From positions 477,023 through 541,022 of the forward strand of contig CAWIPU010000006.1 of NCBI GenBank assembly GCA_963838115.1: 64,000 nucleotides of DNA, in the 5' to 3' direction. Shown here piece by piece: positions 24,394 to 36,141 of the stretch; within the stretch, counting starts at the first letter, position 1, and each line of letters opens with the position of its first letter. The translations under genes were made by a program, and so were the position numbers. The notes beneath the pieces were generated by a model, which had not been told where the DNA came from, ran no database searches, and saw only the letters and a list, made by a program, of their open reading frames with translations. This DNA comes from an uncultured Chloroflexia bacterium (lineage in GTDB: Bacteria; Chloroflexota; Limnocylindria; Limnocylindrales; CSP1-4).

Positions 24394-26225
24394 CTAGGCT
24401 CCTCCACTGGCGCGGACGGCCGTCGCAGCATCGGTCTCGTCGGGTGCCGGGCTCCTGGGCGACTCGCCCTCCATGGGTGGCGCCCCTCCGGACGCATCCG
24501 CGCCGCTGGCCTTGGAGGGCATGAGGCCCTCGGGCCGCCAGAGCATCACCAGGATGAGCGCGACGCCATACAGCAGGAAGCGGTACTCGGCGAACTCCCG
24601 GAAGAGTTCGGGCAGGCCGATGATGACAAGCGCGCCGAGGATCACGCCGGGGATGCTGCCCCTGCCCCCGATCACGATGATGGTCACGACCAGGATCGAA
24701 ACGTTGAGGTTGATGGAGCTGGAGATGATGGAACCGTAGAGGGCGGCGAACACGGCGCCGCCCAGGCCGGCAAAGGCGGCACCCAACATATACGCCAGGG
24801 ACTTGGTCTGGACCAGATTGATGCCCAGGGCCTCAGCTACGTCCTCGTCCTCGCGGATCGCTACCCAGGCACGGCCAAGACGGGAGTCGCGAAGCCGGAT
24901 GGCGATGAAGGAGATCAGGGCGATACAGATGAGCGAGATGTAGTAGATCTGGTTGGGCCCGGCCAGGAAGTGATCGGGCGGGATGTCCATTCCGACGGAG
25001 TCCAACGGCTTGGGGATATTGAGGATGCCGCGCGGCCCGCCGATATAGCTCTTGAGCAGATCCGACCGCGCAAGGATGGAGATGATCTCCCCGAAGCCCA
25101 GGGTGGCGATGGCCAGGTAGTCACCGCGGATCCCAAGGATCGGCAGGCCCAGCAGGATGCCGAAGCCCATGGCCACCAGCATGGCGAAGGGGATGGCCAC
25201 GAAGAAGGGCCACTGGGCGATCCCCAGTTCTCCGGTCGAAGTGAGCAGCGCTGTGGTGTATGCGCCGACCGCGAAGAAGGCCACGAAGCCGAGATCAAGG
25301 AGTCCCGCCATGCCCAACGTGATGTTGAGGCCCAGTCCCATGAGGGCGTAGAGCGCGATCAGCGCGATGACGGCGGGGATGAAGCCAGTGAAGCCTAGGG
25401 GGAGCAGAAGCACGAGCAGCAACATCACCGCGCCAGCCGGGACGACCAGGGCTGGGTGGCGCTTGGTCTCGTCGGGCAGGGCGCGGTAGCGCTCGGCCGG
25501 CCGGAGCAGTCGGTGCACGAGATACGCGATCAAGACGATGCCCAACACCAGCACCACACCGGTGAGCGTCAGTCCATTGGAGGCGAAAAGTTGGCGCGCC
25601 ACGCCAGAGGTCGCTTCGTGTTGCAGCATCGGAGAGCGCAGGATGCTGGCGAAGAGGCCCATGGCGATGACTGCACCAACCCCGCTGACGATGAGGATTC
25701 GCGCCGTCCTGGGCAGTAGCGCCAACAGGCCACCCAGCACACCGACCGACATGCCCACCAGCGCGGGGAACCAGGCGGTCGTGGGGAAGGCCTCCCCGCG
25801 CCACATGTCGCGGGCATTCTCGATGCTCAGCAGGTCCGTTCCCGAGATGAGGTTGTAGAGGTCAGGTGAGGCATTGGGGAGGTACCCGCGCAGGTCGACG
25901 ATGGGGCCGATGATGATGAGCAACGAGAGTGCCGCCCCGGCCATCAGGCCGGCGATGGCCGAGCCGATGATGGCGTTGGTAACGCCGTCCGGTGCGCGTC
26001 GCGATCCGAGGTAGCCCGCTAACAGCGCCGTCGACATCAAGACGGCTTGCGCGACGGTCAGCGAGTTTTCGATGATGTCGCGATCCTCAAACGTGCCCAC
26101 GATGCCGACCAGCGATACGTAGAGCGCTACGAAGCCGAGCAGCAGACCGACGATGAACACGGGCTTCCAGGCCAGCAGGCTGTGCTTCAAGCTGCTGCCC
26201 TTGCTGGCACCGCTCGTCCCCAGCG

Positions 26226-26229
<4 letters not shown>
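24394..26229 (-). CDS. livM: Branched-chain amino acid ABC transporter permease LivM with a long N-terminal membrane extension
   Basis: Polytopic. LivM-like C-terminal half. Confidence 0.8.
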
Positions 26230-27335
<1,106 letters not shown>

Positions 27336-27436
27336 GGGCAGGATCCGATATAGAGGTGACGGGCCAATATGATCGAGCCGGGCGTCCGACGCCCGGCTCG
27401 ACAGTATGTCCGGTCAGATCGACCAGCGGACGGGTA

Positions 27437-28693
27437 TCAGCCCTCCGGGGTCCAGACGACGGCCGGTGGCCAGACCCCGTCGTCGATGGTGTCAGCGCCG
27501 ACCTGGTAGACGGCGATGATCGGTGCGCTGCAGTCACCAGTCTCGGTGCAGGTCAGGCTGCCGGTCACGCCGGGATAGTCGGTGGTGGCATAGAGAGCGT
27601 CACGCAATTGGCCGAGGTCGACGCTCATGGAGCCATCCTCGTTCTCCACGGCCACCTGCTCGACGGTGTCGAGCATCATGCTCGCGGCATCGTAAGCGTG
27701 TGCGTGGAATGCCTGCAGCGGGCTGTCCAGGCCGCTGAGGTCCAGATACTTCGCGACGAGGTCAGCATAGGTGTCCTGGAAGGCGCTGAAGTTGGGGCTG
27801 GATAGGTACATGCCCTCGACGGAGGGACCGGCAGCCTTCACGAAGTCTTGCGAGAACAGGCCGTCGGAGCCGATGAGGACCACGTCCTCCAAGCCGGCCA
27901 CCCCTTCGTGCTGATCGACCAGGTAGCCACCCTCCGCGGTGAACACTGGCATATAGATGACCTCTGGCCCGCTCTGAGCCACATTGGTCAGCACCGGGTT
28001 CATGTCGGTCTGGCCAGCGGAGACAGCCTCGGAGATGGTGATCTCTCCGCCCAGCGCCTTGAACTCGTCCTCGAACACGCCCACCAATGCCTCGGCATAA
28101 GCCGAACCGTCGTGGATGGTGGCGGCCTTGGTCAGGCCCAGGCTCTGCACGAACTCGGCCACGAACTTGCCTTGGATGGCATCACTCCAGGCTGTGCGCA
28201 GGAAGCCGGCATACTCGGGGCCACGGTCCGGCTCGGTCAGCGAAGGGCGCGTGGCCGAACCGGAGATGGCGGTGAGGCCGGCCTCGGTGAGGGTCTGGAT
28301 GCCACCAACGGTAGCGTCCGAGCAGGACGAGCCGATGACGCCGACCACGGTCGGGTCGGATGCCAGCGCCAGCGCCGCCTGGGCGCCGCCCTCGACGGTG
28401 CAGAGTTCATCCTGTACTGACAGTTCGATGGGATGACCGAGGATCGCACCTCCATGGTCTTCGACAGCGACCTCGATGCCGTAGACCATGTCCTGGCCGA
28501 GCACGGCGTTGGGGCCCGAGAGCACCTGGTAGACGCCGAGTTTCAGTGGCTCGCCGGCAGGGACGGTGACGACCTTCGAATCCTGGGCCAGCGCGGGTGC
28601 CGCGATGGCGCTGGCCAGCAAGCCAACTGCTGCGAGTGTGCCGAGGCTCCTTCTCATCATGTTCCTGGATCTCCTCCAATATGGGGTAGTCAC
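27437..28693 (-). CDS. Branched-chain amino acid ABC transporter substrate-binding protein (LivK/LivJ-like)
   Basis: Signal peptide plus type I periplasmic binding fold. Confidence 0.85.
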   Translation of the reverse strand: MTTPYWRRSRNMMRRSLGTLAAVGLLASAIAAPALAQDSKVVTVPAGEPLKLGVYQVLSGPNAVLGQDMVYGIEVAVEDHGGAILGHPIELSVQDELCTVEGGAQAALALASDPTVVGVIGSSCSDATVGGIQTLTEAGLTAISGSATRPSLTEPDRGPEYAGFLRTAWSDAIQGKFVAEFVQSLGLTKAATIHDGSAYAEALVGVFEDEFKALGGEITISEAVSAGQTDMNPVLTNVAQSGPEVIYMPVFTAEGGYLVDQHEGVAGLEDVVLIGSDGLFSQDFVKAAGPSVEGMYLSSPNFSAFQDTYADLVAKYLDLSGLDSPLQAFHAHAYDAASMMLDTVEQVAVENEDGSMSVDLGQLRDALYATTDYPGVTGSLTCTETGDCSAPIIAVYQVGADTIDDGVWPPAVVWTPEG

Positions 28694-29447
28694 CGGTCCG
28701 ACATGGAGCCGGTCTCACAAAAGCCGCGACGCTACGGTCGTCCGTGTCGCGCCAACGTCCGTGGAAGGATCCACGCCGGGTGTGGCCACCCAGTCCCGGT
28801 TCCCCACCCCTCGTGACGCGAGGCGTTCGCACGCAGCGGCCACGGCCGCTCAAGCGTGGCGACATTCTAGACTGGTCTGCGGCCGTTGCAAGGTCACGGC
28901 ACAGCGCCATCTCGGTTGCGCCGCCTTAAGGAGCCATTGCGCCGGCCTGCCAGGCGCCATCACGGCGTTGACCGGGCGCACCGGCAGGCCCCATAGACGT
29001 CGTTCTGCCGGGCCAAGATGGACGCCACGGAACCTGGCCACGGTGTGATGGGCCCCGCGCACTCTCAGGTCAGACGACACAGTCACGGCAGCGCAGCGTG
29101 CGCTATGATAGGTAGCGACGTCTTGAATGCCAGACGCCTCGAGCGCCCCGGGCGTGTGCGGACAGTGGCCTAACGCGGCCCTGTGAACACCCGGTGCGGC
29201 GCGCTCAAGGACGGCCTACCACCGTCTCAAGGTGGGAGGCCACGTTCCATTCAGGCCGCGACCAGTCGTGATCAGACTCCGGTGAAGCCCACATGGGCCC
29301 GGTGTCACTGAGGAGATCGACACATCAGCAACGACCGGACACGAACACCGCGATGCGCGCTGGGCTCTGCCCAAGCCGCGACCGTCGCTTCGAGTGCCCA
29401 GCCTCGCAGAGTCGCGAACCGCGACTCGTACCACACGGGAGTCCTGC

Positions 29448-31307
29448 GTGAGCAAGAACGTCGCCGTCTTCGTTGACGTCGCGAACATCTTCTATGCGGC
29501 CAAGGCCGCTGGGATCGATATCGACTACGTCACTCTTCTCAAGTCGGCCACGGCGGGCCGCGACTTCGTACGCGCGTACGCCTACACCGGCCTCGATCCC
29601 GAGAATGAGAACCAGCGCCAATTCCATGCCTTCCTGGCCCGCAGCGGCTACAAGGTCGTCAGCAAGGACATCCGCAAGTACGGCGACGGCCGCATCAAGG
29701 CGAACCTTGACATCGAGCTCGTCGTCGACCTCATGCGCATGGGCGAGAAGCTGGACGTCGCAGTCGTCATCTCAGGTGACGGTGACTTCGCCCCCGCCAT
29801 CGCAGCCGTGCAGCAGATGGGTGTCCGGGTAGAGGTCATCAGCTTCCGAGGCAACACCAGCAGCGACCTCATCGACGTCGCCGACGTGTTCATCGACATC
29901 ACCACGGTAGCCAAGGTGGAGAAGGGCGTCCGCAGTGGGCGCCGAGTCGCGTCCGACGGCGACCTTTCCATGACCGAGGTGCCTGACAAGGAATCGGGCG
30001 TGGTCCCCCGTCGTCGTCGACGTCGTGGTGAGACGGATGACAAGGTGGACAAGCCAGAACGCGCTCCACGTCGTCGTACCGTCAAGGCGAAGAGCGAGGC
30101 GACACCCGTCGAGTCCCCCACGCCGGAGCCTGCCGACATCACGAGGGCCCCTGCCGCCAGCCTGGTGGCGCTGCCCGGCGAGAAGCTCTCCCGTGGCGCT
30201 GACCGCGGTGCTGAGGTTCCGGCCGCCGCGCCCGAGATCGAGGCTGAGATCGAGGCTGAAGAGTCGGCCGTGCCTGGTGAAGCGCAGGCGTCCGAAGACG
30301 GCAGCCGCCGCCGCCGCCGCCGTCGTGGTGGTCGTGGTCGCGGTCGCGGTGGACGCGGCGATGAGCAGGCCGAGGGGCAGGCTGAGGAGATCGATGACGA
30401 AGTGGCCGCGGTGAGTGCGCTGCCGGACGAGATCCCCACGCTTCCCCAGCATTCCGGATTTGGCTCGGTGTGGGACAGCCAGATCGGCGTGCCTGCCGAT
30501 ACGGCCACGTCGAGGCCGGCCGCAACGACCGCATCCCCCGATGACGAGGATTTCGACGACGAGCCTGAGGTTCCCGAGTACCTGCTCTCAGAGAAGCGAC
30601 AGGGTGGTCGTGGGGGTCGAGGCAGCCGAAGCGGCCGAAGTGGTCGGAACCGCGGTGGCAGCCCCGGTGGCTATCGTTCCGCTATCGACCGCGAGCGCTA
30701 CGGGTCCGGATCCGGCTCCAGCTTCTCACGCAGCTCGGGCAATCGTGGCGGCAGGGGCCCATCGATGGGCACCCCTCGCGCCTCAGCCCATTCGATGGAT
30801 CCCATCGAGCAGACACCCGGTGGCGATCCCTGGAGTGAGGTTCCGCCTGAGGTGCAGGCACTGCTGAAGGCCGAGCTGGCTCGCCGCGAGGCGGTCGTCA
30901 GCAAGCCCAAGCCTTCGGCTCCGGCCGAGGCGAGCAGCGAGGCCACCGACACGGCAGAGGCAGCCAAGAAGCCGACGCGGCGCACCACCAGCAAGCCCAA
31001 GGCCAAGGCTCCGGCCGAGGCGAGCAGCGAGGCCACCGACACGGCAGAGGCAGCCAAGAAGCCGACGCGGCGTCGTACCACCAGCAAGCCCAAGGCCAAG
31101 GCTCCGACCGAGGCGAGCAGCGAGGCCACCGACACGGCAGAGGCAGCCAAGAAGCCGACGCGGCGTCGTACCACCAGCAAGGCCAAGGCTCCGGCCGAGG
31201 CGAGCAGCGAGGCCACCGACACGGCAGAGGCAGCCAAGAAGCCGACGCGGCGTCGTACCACCAGGAAGTCCGCTGACGCGACCGAGGCTCCGGCCGAAGA
31301 CGCGTAG
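29448..31307 (+). CDS. NYN (LabA-like, PIN-like nuclease) domain protein with a long R/G-rich disordered tail ending in four tandem 31-aa repeats
   Basis: N-terminal NYN motifs (VAVFVDVANIFYAAK...GDGDFAPAI). RRRRRR and RGG/GRG stretches. Repeats (AEASSEATDTAEAAKKPTRRRTTSKPKAKAP) x4. GTG start with a GGGAG RBS. Confidence 0.7.
   Translation: MSKNVAVFVDVANIFYAAKAAGIDIDYVTLLKSATAGRDFVRAYAYTGLDPENENQRQFHAFLARSGYKVVSKDIRKYGDGRIKANLDIELVVDLMRMGEKLDVAVVISGDGDFAPAIAAVQQMGVRVEVISFRGNTSSDLIDVADVFIDITTVAKVEKGVRSGRRVASDGDLSMTEVPDKESGVVPRRRRRRGETDDKVDKPERAPRRRTVKAKSEATPVESPTPEPADITRAPAASLVALPGEKLSRGADRGAEVPAAAPEIEAEIEAEESAVPGEAQASEDGSRRRRRRRGGRGRGRGGRGDEQAEGQAEEIDDEVAAVSALPDEIPTLPQHSGFGSVWDSQIGVPADTATSRPAATTASPDDEDFDDEPEVPEYLLSEKRQGGRGGRGSRSGRSGRNRGGSPGGYRSAIDRERYGSGSGSSFSRSSGNRGGRGPSMGTPRASAHSMDPIEQTPGGDPWSEVPPEVQALLKAELARREAVVSKPKPSAPAEASSEATDTAEAAKKPTRRTTSKPKAKAPAEASSEATDTAEAAKKPTRRRTTSKPKAKAPTEASSEATDTAEAAKKPTRRRTTSKAKAPAEASSEATDTAEAAKKPTRRRTTRKSADATEAPAEDA
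30915..31265 (+). repeat. Four near-identical tandem DNA repeats (about 90-96 nt) encoding the basic C-terminal repeats of the NYN protein
   Basis: Seen directly. Only a few substitutions between units. Confidence 0.85.
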
Positions 31308-31317
31308 GTTCGCCGAC

Positions 31318-32433
31318 ATGGTTCCTGCCGCCGAGCCCTCTCTGCCCGGCGGCATGTTCCTGACTCGTGGCCACGCGCCGGCCCTCAAGGCAGTCGCCCG
31401 GGCCGTCCGCAGTGAGCATCCGCCCCACGCACTCCTGTTGGTGGGTCCTCGCGGTATCGGCAAGACGACACTGGCACTCGATCTCGCCGCGGGGCTGCTT
31501 TGCCTCGCCGAGGACCCGGCGCTCCGCCCCTGCCGCGACTGCGGCGCCTGCCGCAAGGTCGATGCCGGCGGCCATCCTGACGTGCACCTGCTGGCACCAG
31601 AGGGTGCCGGCGAGCAGATCCGGATCGGGCAAGTCCAGATGCTGGTGTCGGACCTGGCCTTGACGGCGATGGAGGGTCGCTTCCGCATCGCCATCATCAG
31701 CGCCGCGCAGCGCATGAACCTCGATGCCCAGAATGCACTGCTCAAGACGCTGGAGGAGCCCGGCCGAGCGACATGCCTGGTGCTCTGCGCTGACGAGGCG
31801 GCACCGTTGTTGCCAACCGTGCTGTCGCGCTCGGCCCGCCTGCGCCTCGCGCCGCTCCCCATCGAGATGCTCACCGAGCTGCTCGCAGCGGATGGCCACG
31901 CCCAGCCGGCCCAGGCTCGAGCACGTGCCATCGCCGCCACCGGACGGCCCGGTCTGGCCATCCGGCTGGCGCGCCAACCAGAGGCGGTCCTGGCACGCGC
32001 TCGGATCTCTCGCACGCTGCTGGAACTCGCCACAGCCGACCGACGCACTCGTCTCGCTGCTGCTGCCGACCTCATCACCGACGCCGCCGCGGTCGACGCG
32101 GCGATGCGCGATGAGCCGGCGCCATCGTCGAAGCGTCTCCAGCCGCTGGAGCGTCGCCGTGCCGTACATCTGATCATCGAGGCCTGGCGCGAAGTAGGCC
32201 GAGATCTCGCGGTCGCTGCGCACGGCAACGGCCGAGGCATCCGCGATCTCGATCAGCTCGACGAACTGTTGGCGTTGTCTGGTCGTCTCGATGAAGTCGC
32301 CCTGCACCGCTTCCTCGACCGTCTCGACCGTCTGATGCTCGCCATCGAGGGCTATGCCAGTCCCGAGCTCACGCTTGACGTGCTGTTGCTGACGTGGCCT
32401 CGGCCTCGCGCTCCCGGCATGAGCGCCGCATGA
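31318..32433 (+). CDS. holB: DNA polymerase III subunit delta' (HolB)
   Basis: LLLVGPRGIGKTT, a zinc module (CRDCGACRKVDAGGHPD), and LEEP box. Confidence 0.85.
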   Translation: MVPAAEPSLPGGMFLTRGHAPALKAVARAVRSEHPPHALLLVGPRGIGKTTLALDLAAGLLCLAEDPALRPCRDCGACRKVDAGGHPDVHLLAPEGAGEQIRIGQVQMLVSDLALTAMEGRFRIAIISAAQRMNLDAQNALLKTLEEPGRATCLVLCADEAAPLLPTVLSRSARLRLAPLPIEMLTELLAADGHAQPAQARARAIAATGRPGLAIRLARQPEAVLARARISRTLLELATADRRTRLAAAADLITDAAAVDAAMRDEPAPSSKRLQPLERRRAVHLIIEAWREVGRDLAVAAHGNGRGIRDLDQLDELLALSGRLDEVALHRFLDRLDRLMLAIEGYASPELTLDVLLLTWPRPRAPGMSAA

Positions 32434-32735
32434 CTCTGCCAGGCGCCAGACGTCTCACGGCGACCGTGCGGGGCCAGGTCCAGGGGGTGGGCTTTCGCTG
32501 GTTCGTGGAGCGCGAGGCGGCGGGTCTGGGGCTGGACGGCTGGGTGTCCAACCAGGCAGATGGATCGGTCCAGATCGTGGCCGAGGGTCCCGATGAAGCG
32601 CTCGATGGTCTGCTGCTCCGATTGTGGGAGGGTCCGTCCGGGTCGGTGGTCAGTACGGTCGTTGTCCACCATGAGCCGGCCCGCGGAAACCTGGTCGGTT
32701 TCATCATCCGCAGTGGAGCGCACCGCGGCGACTGA
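32430..32735 (+). CDS. acyP: Acylphosphatase
   Basis: VQGVGFR motif. ATGA overlap with the holB stop. Confidence 0.8.
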   Translation: MTLPGARRLTATVRGQVQGVGFRWFVEREAAGLGLDGWVSNQADGSVQIVAEGPDEALDGLLLRLWEGPSGSVVSTVVVHHEPARGNLVGFIIRSGAHRGD

Positions 32736-32778
32736 TCGAGCCGTGGGGCGGCTGGACCGCAGTGCATCAGACGCTGCT

Positions 32779-35700
32779 ATGGTGAAGATGATGGATTTTC
32801 GTATCGCTCGTCCGGCCCGAGATCGCTACGGCTTCGACGAGAGCCTCTCCTTCAGCGATGGCGATGCCATCTCCTTCGACGTTGCGCGTGCCTTGCCGTT
32901 GGCAGAGCGCTTCGTGCCACCCGATGCCGATCGCGCTCGGGTGGCCTCGGAGATCGCGGCCATCGGCCTCATGCAGGAGTTGGCTCACCGCGCCGTGGCG
33001 GTCGAGCGGCGCGCTGATCCCGCTGCCGGCGGCCCATTGGCGCGGGGACTCGGCGTGCTTGACGCGCGCTTCGAACGGACCGGCGTGGATGCGGGGCTGC
33101 AGGTCTACGAACGCACCTTCCCGGTGCTACCGGTGTATCGCGATGAGGTCGAGGCCGCAGAGTGGATCACGCGTGACAAGGGCGATGTGCCCGGGCGTGA
33201 GGCGGCGCTGGAGGCGTTGTTGCTCACCGGGATCGCGGCCCAGAACCCCGCCGCCGCCGCCTACCGCGAGCTGATCTCCGACCCGTCGCTATCCCAGACG
33301 GCGCAGGGACGACTGCTCGACGGGCTGGCCGGCGACGCCCTCGATCGGGATGACCCCGACCTTGTCAGGCGGGCGCCCGCGCGGACATTGGTGCAGCGCT
33401 TGCTGGAGCCGATCAAGGCCGCGCCGCAGTCGCTGGGTGCGCAACTGCGCTGGATCCGCATCCATTGGGCGGGCTGGCTCGACGATGCCGACCTGCTTCA
33501 GATCGACCGCCATCTGGGCGTCCTCGATGACATCGAACGCGCCACCTGGCTGCGAGCACAGCGCGGCCCTGGAGGCGGCGACCACGCGGAGTCAGCAGCG
33601 CTCGCCGGCTTCGGTGCCTTCGACGACGAGCCCGAGGCGTTCAGCACCGATCGCGACTGGATGGCGGAGCTGGTGCTGGTGGCCAAGTCGACCTATGTCT
33701 GGCTGGCCCAGCTTTCGCGCCAGTACGGCCGGGCGATCGACCGCCTGGACCAGGTTCCCGACGAGGAGCTGGAAGAACTGCGGGCCCGCGGTTTCACGGG
33801 GCTTTGGCTCATCGGATTGTGGGAGCGCAGTCACGCATCGCGGCGCATCAAACAGATGCGTGGCAACCCGGATGCGATGGCATCGGCCTATTCGGTAGCG
33901 GACTACCGCATCGCCGACGATCTGGGTGGGGATGCCGCCTGGTATGACCTGCGGGAGCGAGCCGCCGCACGGGGTGTCCGGCTCGCCGCGGACATGGTTC
34001 CCAACCACATGGGGATCGATTCGACGTGGGTGGTGGAACACCCCGAGCGCTTCGTCTCGTCACCCTATCCGCCGTTCAATTCGTACTCGTTCACCGGCGA
34101 GGACCTCTCGTCCGATGGACGGGTGGTCATCCAACTGGAAGACCACTATTGGGATTCGTCCGATGCGGCCGTCGTATTCAAGCGTATCGACACGGCCAGC
34201 GGCGACGAGCGCTATATCTACCACGGCAACGACGGCACCAGCTTCCCCTGGAACGACACGGCCCAGCTCGACTACCTCGATGCCGGAACTCGCGAAGCCG
34301 TCATCGGCCAGATCCTGGAGGTGGCTCGCCGCTTCTCGGTGATCCGCTTCGATGCCGCCATGGTGCTCGCTCGTCGCCATATCCAGCGCCTGTGGTACCC
34401 GCAACCGGGCCACGAAGCGGGCATCCCCTCGCGCTCCGCAGCGGCCGTCCCCGCCGATGAGCTGCGCCGTTTGATGCCCCAGGAGTTCTGGCGTGAGGTG
34501 GTCGACCGCGTCGCGGCAGAGGTGCCCGACACGCTGCTGCTGGCCGAAGCGTTCTGGCTGATGGAAGGCTACTTCGTTCGCACGCTCGGCATGCACCGGG
34601 TCTACAACAGTGCCTTCATGCACATGCTGCGCGATGAGAAGAACGCCGAATACCAGGGTGTCATCCGCGAGACCGTCTCCTTCGATGCGCGAATCCTGGG
34701 TCGGTACGTCAACTTCATGAACAACCCCGACGAGCGCTCCGCGGTCGACCAGTTCGGTAGCGCTGATAAGTACTTCGGCGTGGCGACTCTGCTCGCGACC
34801 CTACCCGGATTGCCCATGTTCGGTCACGGCCAGTTCGAGGGCTATAGCGAACAGTACGGCATGGAGTTCCGCCGACCGCAGCGCGACGAATTGCCGGACA
34901 GCGGGCTGCTGGAACGGCACCGGCACCAGATCAGTCCGCTGCTGCACCAGCGCTGGCGCTTCTCGGGCGCGTCGGGGTTCCGTCAGCTCACGGCTCTCGA
35001 AGGCAACGTCGCGAACCACGACGTGTTCGCTTATGCGAATGTGGCGGAGAGCGGGCCACCCGATGCTGCCGAGCGTCGCTCGCTGGTGGTCTATCTCAAC
35101 CGCTACCCACGGGCGCATGTGCGCATCCCTGGCGTGGCGGAGGCGCTGCACCTGGATGACGACGATGCGTCTGGTTTCGTCATCCTCCGCGACCATCGCA
35201 GCGGGCTCGAGTTCCTGCGGCGGCAGCGTGACCTGCGCGAGCACGGTTTGGAGCTAGGGCTCGATGGCTACGGCTGTCACGTCTTCCTGGCCTTCGAGCA
35301 GGTCACCGACGCAGCCGATCTCGGCTGGGCCGAGCTGGCCGCTCGTGTGGGGCTCGATGGCGTGCCAGATGTGCACTTGGCTCTACGTCGTATGCGTGAT
35401 GAGCCGATCCGGGATGCGGTCGCGGCGGTCTTCTCCACGCGGGTCGCCGAGCATGCCTTCCTGCCGCGTGTCGGCGCCGACCCGGAGACCGAGGCCGGTG
35501 CCGATGCCGCACGGGCGAGTCTCTCGGAGGCTCTGGAGCGGGTCGCGAACCTCGTCGGTAGCCGTGAGGATACGGTTAGCATCGCTCATGAGACGTCTCG
35601 ATCGGCGTCGGGCGTGCGCTCGGTGCGCCCCCGTCTTCTGGCGCAAGCCATTGCCGCCTGGGTCATCTTCGATGCCATATCCGAGATCGCCTGTGATGGT

Positions 35701-36141
35701 GACCCGGCAAGTGCCGCCGCTGCGTTCGATGACTGGGGAGCCGCCGCGGCAACGGGGGACCGAGCGCGTCGCGCCGGCAGTGGCGACGCACAGGCGTGGC
35801 GTGCGGTCGAGTTGGCACGGGCCCTGCTGGCGATCGGTCCGGGCGCCTTGTTGACGGCAGCGGACGTGGACGGGCTGCCCCAAGCGTGGTTCGACTCCGA
35901 GGCTGTGCGCGCTGCCACTGGCTGGAATGAATGGCAGGGGCAGACATACCTGACACGGGAGGCGTGGGACGAGTTCATCGACGCGCTCTCCGAGCGCGAT
36001 GGTCTCTTGGGTATGCCTAACGCCCTCGACGCCGCGGCCGAGCTGCGACGTCGGGCGGCAGCAGCAGGCTATCGGCTCAGTGCGACTGAGCCGGCTCCGG
36101 AACCCCCCACTGACCAAGCCATACCCGCCGCTGACGCGTGA
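32779..36141 (+). CDS. Large (about 1120 aa) alpha-amylase family (GH13-like) protein with long N- and C-terminal extensions
   Basis: Central catalytic-like regions: DMVPNHMG (region I), VIRFDAAMV (region II), LLLAEAFW (region III), FMNNPDE (region IV). Confidence 0.65.
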   Translation: MVKMMDFRIARPARDRYGFDESLSFSDGDAISFDVARALPLAERFVPPDADRARVASEIAAIGLMQELAHRAVAVERRADPAAGGPLARGLGVLDARFERTGVDAGLQVYERTFPVLPVYRDEVEAAEWITRDKGDVPGREAALEALLLTGIAAQNPAAAAYRELISDPSLSQTAQGRLLDGLAGDALDRDDPDLVRRAPARTLVQRLLEPIKAAPQSLGAQLRWIRIHWAGWLDDADLLQIDRHLGVLDDIERATWLRAQRGPGGGDHAESAALAGFGAFDDEPEAFSTDRDWMAELVLVAKSTYVWLAQLSRQYGRAIDRLDQVPDEELEELRARGFTGLWLIGLWERSHASRRIKQMRGNPDAMASAYSVADYRIADDLGGDAAWYDLRERAAARGVRLAADMVPNHMGIDSTWVVEHPERFVSSPYPPFNSYSFTGEDLSSDGRVVIQLEDHYWDSSDAAVVFKRIDTASGDERYIYHGNDGTSFPWNDTAQLDYLDAGTREAVIGQILEVARRFSVIRFDAAMVLARRHIQRLWYPQPGHEAGIPSRSAAAVPADELRRLMPQEFWREVVDRVAAEVPDTLLLAEAFWLMEGYFVRTLGMHRVYNSAFMHMLRDEKNAEYQGVIRETVSFDARILGRYVNFMNNPDERSAVDQFGSADKYFGVATLLATLPGLPMFGHGQFEGYSEQYGMEFRRPQRDELPDSGLLERHRHQISPLLHQRWRFSGASGFRQLTALEGNVANHDVFAYANVAESGPPDAAERRSLVVYLNRYPRAHVRIPGVAEALHLDDDDASGFVILRDHRSGLEFLRRQRDLREHGLELGLDGYGCHVFLAFEQVTDAADLGWAELAARVGLDGVPDVHLALRRMRDEPIRDAVAAVFSTRVAEHAFLPRVGADPETEAGADAARASLSEALERVANLVGSREDTVSIAHETSRSASGVRSVRPRLLAQAIAAWVIFDAISEIACDGDPASAAAAFDDWGAAAATGDRARRAGSGDAQAWRAVELARALLAIGPGALLTAADVDGLPQAWFDSEAVRAATGWNEWQGQTYLTREAWDEFIDALSERDGLLGMPNALDAAAELRRRAAAAGYRLSATEPAPEPPTDQAIPAADA

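Noticed and set aside
24052-25398. 448-aa plus-strand ORF antisense to livM
   Set aside because: Low-complexity, Asp/Gly/His-rich translation opposite a bona fide permease. A GC-skew artefact.
28694-29447. RNase P RNA, tmRNA or SRP RNA in the long intergenic region
   Set aside because: The diagnostic conserved strings of these RNAs (for example GGGGCUGAUUCUGGAUUCGACG for tmRNA, AGGAAAGUCC for RNase P) were not seen.
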